A stretch of 11,782 nucleotides of DNA from Candidatus Nanohalarchaeota archaeon (GTDB lineage: Archaea > EX4484-52 > JAADEF01). The notes under the pieces are model-generated. The model searched no databases, was not told where the DNA came from, and was given only the letters and a program-made list of their open reading frames with translations. The stretch spans positions 1-11,782 of the forward strand of contig JAADEF010000010.1 of NCBI GenBank assembly GCA_013153555.1. The letters run 5' to 3'. Below are positions 6,718 to 11,782 of the stretch, piece by piece; the first letter of the stretch is position 1, and each line of letters starts with the position of its first letter. A program made the translations under genes and the position numbers.

Positions 6718-7521
6718 TCAACCTATATAACCTAAATGTTCATCATCACCTTCTTTTTTCTTCATTAATTGAGTAAATGCCTTTTTCTGCATTTCATCTA
6801 TCTTCTTTAAAACCTTTTCAACTTCCTTAACATGTTCCTGAATTTTAGATAAATCTAAATCTAAATTAAGGTATTGATTCAATACTTCCAAAACAGCTTC
6901 TGTAGCCTTTGGATCAGAAAGTAGTAATCCCGAAGTCTCACCCATCAAACAAACTGCATCGATTTCCATTCTTGTTGCTTCTCCAACAATAACACCTGCA
7001 GCCCCAACTATTTGAGTAACTTCTGTATTTTTAAACTTCACACCTAACTTTTCAAACAATCTCAAATATTTTTCATTATTAGCAGCGCCATAAACATGTG
7101 GTTTTCTTTTCTCCACCAGCATTCCAGTACCAAAACCACCTATACTAATAACCTCTTTAATTCCAAACATTTCTTCCAAAAATTCCAAAATACTGCGGGC
7201 AATTTCATAATAACCCTCAGTAGTCATACTTTGAGCATCCCCTACAACTATAACCATATCTTTTTGCTTTTTTTTCTTATCACCCTTCACATAATATAGC
7301 TCATATTTCATAGTTATAATTAAACCCGAACCGTTATGATCCACATTTACCACAGGAGGTAAAGCATCAGAATAAAGCTCTGCAAACTTTTTAGCTTTTA
7401 GCTCACTTACTAAATAACCTGCCACATTCCTTCCAATATAACCTACACCGGGTGCAATACCTTGTATCAGCACAACATCCTTTATCTTTGGTACTTCAGC
7501 ATAATCTATTTCTGTAACCAT
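6718..7521 (-). CDS. PAC2-family proteasome assembly chaperone (COG1938, PbaA/PbaB-like)
   Basis: Conserved PAC2 family blocks are present (VVLIQGIAPGVGYIGRNVAGYLV, GGFGTG, GAAGVIVGEA), with a charged/coiled C-terminus ending in an aromatic-containing tail (LGYIG). It is the last gene of the conserved archaeal S27e-aIF2alpha-Nop10-PAC2 cluster. I chose the start at ATG 7521 (MVTEIDY) because GGTGA lies 5 nt upstream. ATG 7533 is the alternative. Confidence 0.75.
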   Translation of the reverse strand: MVTEIDYAEVPKIKDVVLIQGIAPGVGYIGRNVAGYLVSELKAKKFAELYSDALPPVVNVDHNGSGLIITMKYELYYVKGDKKKKQKDMVIVVGDAQSMTTEGYYEIARSILEFLEEMFGIKEVISIGGFGTGMLVEKRKPHVYGAANNEKYLRLFEKLGVKFKNTEVTQIVGAAGVIVGEATRMEIDAVCLMGETSGLLLSDPKATEAVLEVLNQYLNLDLDLSKIQEHVKEVEKVLKKIDEMQKKAFTQLMKKKEGDDEHLGYIG

Positions 7522-7522
7522 G

Positions 7523-7678
7523 TTATTCACCATATTTTGCCTTCATTTTAATCTCAAAATATTTATCGTCATACTTAAATTTATATTTGCGTATCTCCCA
7601 TGTAGGTTTACCACAATTAGGACAAAATTCCTTTAAAGTATAAATCCCGCAAGATTTGCATTTTCTTATGTGCTTCAT
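7523..7678 (-). CDS. nop10: H/ACA ribonucleoprotein subunit Nop10 (51 aa); not in the supplied ORF track
   Basis: The reverse-strand translation is MKHIRKCKSCGIYTLKEFCPNCGKPTWEIRKYKFKYDDKYFEIKMKAKYGE. This is a CxxC...CxxC zinc ribbon with a KFxxxDxY tail matching archaeal Nop10. Its ATG overlaps the TAA of aIF2alpha (TAATG). It occupies the canonical position between aIF2alpha and PAC2. Confidence 0.8.
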   Translation of the reverse strand: MKHIRKCKSCGIYTLKEFCPNCGKPTWEIRKYKFKYDDKYFEIKMKAKYGE

Positions 7679-8478
7679 TAACTTTCTCCCTTAACACGAA
7701 CATAATTAAAATCAACATCTTTGCCTCTAAATGCTTCTTCTATCTTACCAATAATAGCAGTAAGTTCTTTTTCCATTTCCTTATAATCTTCACCTTTAAG
7801 CTCCAACCTGTATTTTGGTGCAGCAAGATAATGTACATGAATTCTCTCATTATTCAAAGAAAGTGCCTTTTTTATAATCTCTATTCCATCTCCTTCATAG
7901 CATTTAATAAGTAAATCCATTTTTATGGTGAGTTCTTTTGGTTTAATATTTTCCAATGCCAGCTCATAAGCTTTTTGTGCTATATTTTCTGGAACACCTA
8001 AATTTCTCAGCACATCAATGCCGTCTTCTGCTACTATTTCAAAACCTTCATACATGCTTCCAAATTCTTTTTGCAAAGGAAAACCCAACTTTTCATAAAC
8101 TTCATCTAAACTCAACCCTAGCTCCTTAGCAATTATTTTCAAAAAATTATGAGCTTTCTTCTCATTTCTAAATTCCTTTGTTTTCTCTCTTGCCAGTGTT
8201 GGCTTTACCCTTTTAATGGAAAGTTCAACATATCCTTTCCTATCTTGACTAAGAACCAAAGCCACTACTTTTTGATTGAGCTTTAACATTCTTCTTATAT
8301 CTTTTACCCATCTTGAAGAAATTTCAGAAATATGTATCATGGCTTTTAAATCATCATACTCATCTAATGTAGCAATAGCACTATTTGGATTAAGCTCTTT
8401 AATTGTTGCAATCACATATTCCCCTTTCTCAGGCATTTTTTTATACTTTCTTATTTTGTCTTCGTTTTTTTTGCTCAT
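7678..8478 (-). CDS. Translation initiation factor 2 alpha subunit (aIF2alpha)
   Basis: The S1 domain (GEYVIATIKEL...MIHISEISSRWVKDIRRMLKLNQKVVALVLSQDRKGYVELSIKRV) is followed by helical and alpha-beta domains. The ORF-track start at 8487 is a GTG. I prefer ATG 8478 (MSKKNEDK...), which is preceded by GTGAT and gives 266 aa, matching archaeal aIF2alpha. An internal ATG at 8436 (MPEKGEY) is a further alternative. Confidence 0.85.
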   Translation of the reverse strand: MSKKNEDKIRKYKKMPEKGEYVIATIKELNPNSAIATLDEYDDLKAMIHISEISSRWVKDIRRMLKLNQKVVALVLSQDRKGYVELSIKRVKPTLAREKTKEFRNEKKAHNFLKIIAKELGLSLDEVYEKLGFPLQKEFGSMYEGFEIVAEDGIDVLRNLGVPENIAQKAYELALENIKPKELTIKMDLLIKCYEGDGIEIIKKALSLNNERIHVHYLAAPKYRLELKGEDYKEMEKELTAIIGKIEEAFRGKDVDFNYVRVKGES

Positions 8479-8491
8479 CTTAATCACGAAA

Positions 8492-8659
8492 TTATTGAAC
8501 TGGCTGAGCCACTTTAACTAAAAGCTCTGCCTTACCTCCAGTAGGTCTTGCTAAAATCTCACCACAAACCAAACATTTCACTTCTATGGATGCTTTTTCA
8601 TAAATATTTTGCTCATTCCCGCATTTATGGCATTTAACTCTCAAAAATCTGCCTGTCAT
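8492..8659 (-). CDS. rps27e: Ribosomal protein S27e
   Basis: The C4 zinc ribbon RFLRVKCHKCGNEQNIYEKASIEVKCLVCGEILARPTGGKA matches S27e almost motif for motif. I chose the start at ATG 8659 (MTGRFLRVKC) because AGGTGA lies 5 nt upstream. The ORF-track start at 8692 would add a hydrophobic 11-aa leader unlikely for S27e. Confidence 0.85.
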   Translation of the reverse strand: MTGRFLRVKCHKCGNEQNIYEKASIEVKCLVCGEILARPTGGKAELLVKVAQPVQ

Positions 8660-8692
8660 TAACATCACCTCTAACAACACAACTAAAAACAT

Positions 8693-8820
8693 ATAAAAGA
8701 AGAAGGTTTTAAAAATATATCGAAAATACTAAATATTTTCATCTAGCATTTACACAAACCGTTAATTATATATACCCCTTCGCATAAAAAATAAGATTTA
8801 TCAAGAGCCAATGCCTGTCC
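8693..8820. promoter_or_regulatory. Divergent promoter region between the S27e operon (-) and the 319-aa hypothetical gene (+); TATA-like elements on both strands
   Basis: An AT-rich 128-bp gap. TTATATATAC at 8766-8775 lies ~55 nt upstream of ATG 8831 on the + strand. CTTTTATATG (reverse complement of 8688-8702) lies ~36 nt upstream of the S27e ATG on the - strand. Positional inference only. Confidence 0.35.
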
Positions 8821-8830
8821 GGTGAAGCCC

Positions 8831-9790
8831 ATGATGTACGAAATTGAAGATGTATTTTTCTTGGGAAGTCGAAAAAAGTTAGAAGTAAAAGCAAAAGAAT
8901 TTTATGAAAGAGCAAAAGAGCTAAATTTAGCAACACAACTTTTAAAAGAAGCAAAAGAAACCTATTCCTTATCAGACATTGCTTTTGCAATTTTAAAAGG
9001 AGATAGGGCAATAACTCCTGAAGATGCACTTATAAATGCTTTAGGTTTCAAAGAAGCTTTTGAAGCTAATTATGACGTAAAAATTGAATTAAAAAATTAT
9101 AAGCCTTTTACTTTCCCCCAGCCTGATGAAAAAATAAACTACACTCTCTTAGAAGAAAGGTGGAAGAAAGCAACACAACACCGCTTAGATGATCTTGCTC
9201 ATCGTATAGACGGGGTCATAGGCATCCTTCACCCCTTCAAAAGCCTTAGTGAAAGAAAAACTTTTGATGAAATTATGAGGTTGGTTGCTTATATAGATTT
9301 TTTAGAAAGAGGAGTCCTTGGAGAACATACAGCTCAAGACAAAGAAAATCTTAAAAACCTTTACCACAGTATTTTAGAAAAAGCATATCCTTATATTATT
9401 GAAATATCTAATACACATTATTCTGGTAAACATGGTAAAGATCTTCAAGAATGGGATGAAAAAAGATTAATTGAACTATTATATCAAATTATAAATTCAG
9501 CAATTAATATTATGCACATTCAACCTAATGAAATATCTGAATTACAAAAAAGTCACTATTCTTTTTATAAAAAAAAGATATTAGATGCCATTACAATTGC
9601 TGCAAAATCGCTTAAAGAATACAGTGAAGCTTTGGACGACTACGTACCTTTAAAATCTTTAACACTCATAGAAATAAAACAAAAAGGAGAGTGGAGTGCA
9701 TACACTCAAGCAAAAAGAGAGGAGCTCAATCTCTTAATGCAACAAGAAAATTCAAACCCTTATCATATACCATTTCTTCCAATAAACTAG
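8831..9790 (+). CDS. Hypothetical all-alpha protein (319 aa), function unknown; possible HEPN-like RxxxxxH motif
   Basis: A long ORF with no family I can recognise. The ORF-track start at 8822 is a GTG. ATG 8831 is preceded by GGTGA (8821-8825) at ideal 5-nt spacing. The sequence is helix-rich throughout. The motif R-LDDLA-H (nt ~9182-9202) fits Rx4-6H. The 3' end overlaps the convergent RuBisCO gene by 65 nt. Confidence 0.55.
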   Translation: MMYEIEDVFFLGSRKKLEVKAKEFYERAKELNLATQLLKEAKETYSLSDIAFAILKGDRAITPEDALINALGFKEAFEANYDVKIELKNYKPFTFPQPDEKINYTLLEERWKKATQHRLDDLAHRIDGVIGILHPFKSLSERKTFDEIMRLVAYIDFLERGVLGEHTAQDKENLKNLYHSILEKAYPYIIEISNTHYSGKHGKDLQEWDEKRLIELLYQIINSAINIMHIQPNEISELQKSHYSFYKKKILDAITIAAKSLKEYSEALDDYVPLKSLTLIEIKQKGEWSAYTQAKREELNLLMQQENSNPYHIPFLPIN

Positions 9791-11135
9791 AAGATTCTTT
9801 TATTTCTTTTATTTTTCTTTCAACCTCCTCCTTTCTTATGTAGCCAAAATATTCTAATGCTTGTTTAAGCTCTTTTGCTTGCTTAGCAGCAACATCTAAC
9901 GCAATATTTCTAGCAACTGCTTCAACTGCTTGTCGCATGGATTTAGCTCCTGCCTTACTTCCTTTTGGATGACCGTGTACACCACCGCCTGCTTGAATAA
10001 CCACATCCTTACCATGCACAGCAACTATGCCTTCTACCTTCCCTGCATCTAATCCCCCTGAAGCCACAGGAAAAACTGCTTTAATATCCTCATCCCACTC
10101 CTGCTTAAAAAAGCCTAAAAACTTTTCTTCTTCAAGCTCCTCTTTTACCATCACATCATGAAGCTTTTTAATATAATAAGGATTTCCTTCCATTTTACCT
10201 ACTCCTGTTCCTATATGAAGCTGATCCACACCCAAAAGCCTATAAAACTTACTCAAAATTCTAAAATCATATCCAAATCCACTTCGATGAAGAGCAGCAT
10301 ATCCTGCTCTATGTGCATGTACAGCCAATCCTTTTTTATGAGCATATTCAACCATCTCTTTAACTAAGGCAAAGCCCATAATAAATACATCCATCATTAC
10401 AAGCTTATTACCGCTCTCTGCCACATAATCAATTCTTTCATACATTTTATGCCGATCCATGTCTGTAATATTAGTAGCATATAGTTTTACTTCTCCTGTT
10501 TTAGTTTCTGCTTTATCCCTCGCCTGATTAGTTTTATCAAACCTTTCTTTCCAACCACAGAATTTCTGATTTACTAAATTTTCATCATCTTTCACTAAAT
10601 CTAATCCATTAACCCACGCATCATATGCAACCTTTGCAAATTCAGCAGGTGTTAATCCTACTTTCGGTTTTACTATAGTACCTACGTGAGGCCTTCTAGT
10701 TTTATGCGTCCCAACTATTCTTCTTATGCCTTCTAATCCGAACTTAGGACCATCATAAAGTCGTTGATAGCGCAAAGGTATGTAAAGATCAATCATATAT
10801 AGCTCTTCCAATTCTTTTAATCCATAAACATTACCAAACACAGATGCATAAAACTGCAAAAGATTTCTTTCATCAAAGTGTTCATAAGGATAAGAAATCC
10901 AAACAAATCCTGAGCTTTCACTCACTTTCTTTATGCGATATATCCTAGCTCTATAATCCTTAAAAACTTTTTTATTCATGGTGCTAATTTTAGTCCATGT
11001 TCCTACTGAGCTTTCTGCAGCAACTCCTTCTGCTAATTCCTCAAATCTCTTTTTTCCTTTTACCCAGACCAAAAGCTTAAACTCATCTTTTTTAGGTTCA
11101 TAGCTCTCTTCAATATATTTATAACCTCCATACAT
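9726..11135 (-). CDS. rbcL: Ribulose-1,5-bisphosphate carboxylase, form III (archaeal type) large subunit
   Basis: The catalytic motifs are present: GTIVKPKVGL (carbamylated Lys), VKDDENLVNQ, HAHRAGYAA, GGLDAG, and GGGVHGHPKGSKAGA. Overall it is collinear with archaeal form III enzymes up to ...KELKQALEYFG, after which ~38 extra residues follow before the stop. The SD GAGGTGA precedes ATG 11135. Confidence 0.9.
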   Translation of the reverse strand: MYGGYKYIEESYEPKKDEFKLLVWVKGKKRFEELAEGVAAESSVGTWTKISTMNKKVFKDYRARIYRIKKVSESSGFVWISYPYEHFDERNLLQFYASVFGNVYGLKELEELYMIDLYIPLRYQRLYDGPKFGLEGIRRIVGTHKTRRPHVGTIVKPKVGLTPAEFAKVAYDAWVNGLDLVKDDENLVNQKFCGWKERFDKTNQARDKAETKTGEVKLYATNITDMDRHKMYERIDYVAESGNKLVMMDVFIMGFALVKEMVEYAHKKGLAVHAHRAGYAALHRSGFGYDFRILSKFYRLLGVDQLHIGTGVGKMEGNPYYIKKLHDVMVKEELEEEKFLGFFKQEWDEDIKAVFPVASGGLDAGKVEGIVAVHGKDVVIQAGGGVHGHPKGSKAGAKSMRQAVEAVARNIALDVAAKQAKELKQALEYFGYIRKEEVERKIKEIKESSSLLEEMVYDKGLNFLVALRD

Positions 11136-11145
11136 CTATTTCACC

Positions 11146-11782
11146 TCACATCACTAATGCAAAAACAAGCAGAGTTATAGTAACCAAAATAGCTGCGTGT
11201 TTCAAACCTGCTTGAATTCTGTTGTCTTGAATCACCCCTATCATTAAACCAATTGATGCCGCTTCCACGATTGCAGTGAAGAATAACAGCAGCTTAAAAT
11301 AAGTAAGAACATCTTCCATCTTATATCCAAAGATATAGCCTATTGTACAGAGAGGATAAATTTGAGGATACATTTCGGGATCGCAGTAGTTAGTTGTTTG
11401 AACAGATATACTAAAATCACCTGCGCCTATTTCCCCTGTTTCCATCGAAGCAATAGGTCTAAACACATAATAAAGCACTATAATAATAACAATAAATATT
11501 ACGAAAATAGAATACATAACAATAATTTGTTGACTCAAAACAGATTTTTTTTCCTCTCCTATATTCCATAAGCTCAACACGGTTTCAGACAAATCCATCA
11601 TCGTAACGGCTACATCTCCACCAGAATAATAAGAATTAATAATAATACCTAATGCATTTTTAATAGTAGAACTTTTTTTCAAATCATTTTGAAGCATTTC
11701 CATTACTTTTGGATTAAATGAATCTATACTAAAAGAGACTTTTTTATATAGTTCTCTTTTTTTGATAATATCACAAATATAT
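11146..11782 (-). CDS. Polytopic integral membrane protein, partial (reading frame open to the window edge); possibly a FlaJ/TadC-like T2SS-F domain protein
   Basis: The ORF track gives a Met start at 11703. The same frame has no stop back to the window end (upstream residues ...YICDIIKKRELYKKVSFSIDSFNPKV-MEML...), so the gene probably begins outside the window. The C-terminal half has at least three hydrophobic TM segments (IIVMYSIFVIFIVIIIVLYYVF, LLLFFTAIVEAASIGLMIGVI, AAILVTITLLVFALVM) after a soluble helical segment. The FlaJ/TadC assignment is a weak guess. The stop is 10 nt upstream of the rbcL ATG, so the two are likely co-transcribed. Confidence 0.5.
   Translation of the reverse strand, partial: YICDIIKKRELYKKVSFSIDSFNPKVMEMLQNDLKKSSTIKNALGIIINSYYSGGDVAVTMMDLSETVLSLWNIGEEKKSVLSQQIIVMYSIFVIFIVIIIVLYYVFRPIASMETGEIGAGDFSISVQTTNYCDPEMYPQIYPLCTIGYIFGYKMEDVLTYFKLLLFFTAIVEAASIGLMIGVIQDNRIQAGLKHAAILVTITLLVFALVM

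Noticed and set aside
6447-7299. ORFs 6447..6776(+), 6514..6735(+) and 7096..7299(+) opposite aIF5A and PAC2
   Set aside because: They are antisense to genes with strong motif support and their compositions are implausible.
8276-9029. ORFs 8276..8521(+) and 8766..9029(-, Leu-rich)
   Set aside because: The first is antisense to aIF2alpha. The second is antisense to the well-formed 5' end of the 319-aa gene and spans the promoter region, and its poly-Leu text is an artefact of AAG/AAA-rich codons.
10158-11571. ORFs 10158..10367(+) and 11362..11571(+)
   Set aside because: They are antisense to RuBisCO and to the membrane-protein gene.
1-11782. CRISPR arrays, integrase or transposase genes, and inverted terminal repeats of IS elements
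   Set aside because: No spacer-repeat periodicity and no recombinase-like ORF on either strand. The only repeat clusters are the palindrome array at 74-194 and the 17-bp promoter repeat.

Overview
The window is AT-rich (roughly 30% GC), densely packed, and clearly archaeal. Coding density is very high and most genes have a strong Shine-Dalgarno site (GGTGA or GGAGG) 5-7 nt before the ATG.

Layout, 5' to 3':
- 1-69: a 5'-truncated tRNA-Val(CAC).
- 74-218: a block of nested palindromes plus a G9 tract.
- 251-1816: a gamma-glutamylcyclotransferase-like gene (- strand), divergent from a YfcE/MJ0936-like metallophosphoesterase that is translationally coupled to pdaD (pyruvoyl-dependent arginine decarboxylase).
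- 1822-3594: glmS (- strand).
- 3595-3685: AT-rich divergent promoter carrying a 17-bp perfect direct repeat.
- 3686-5207: an ArsR-type wHTH protein fused to an unrecognised alpha/beta domain, overlapping tail-to-tail with an SPFH/stomatin gene.
- 5320-6292: tRNA-His(GTG), ending 1 nt before the ftsY ATG.
- 6306-8659: aIF5A, then the conserved archaeal S27e-aIF2alpha-Nop10-PAC2 cluster, all on the - strand. Nop10 is a 51-aa Zn-ribbon protein that is absent from the supplied ORF track.
- 8831-9790: a divergent, unrecognised 319-aa all-alpha protein with a possible HEPN-like RxxxxxH motif.
- 9726-11135: a form III RuBisCO large subunit. Its unusual C-terminal extension overlaps the preceding gene by 65 nt.
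- 11146 to window end: a polytopic membrane protein that runs off the window.

No CRISPR array, integrase or transposase is visible. The candidates for something new are the unrecognised HTH fusion, the 319-aa protein, and the structured palindrome array downstream of tRNA-Val. I cannot assign any of them a function from sequence alone.
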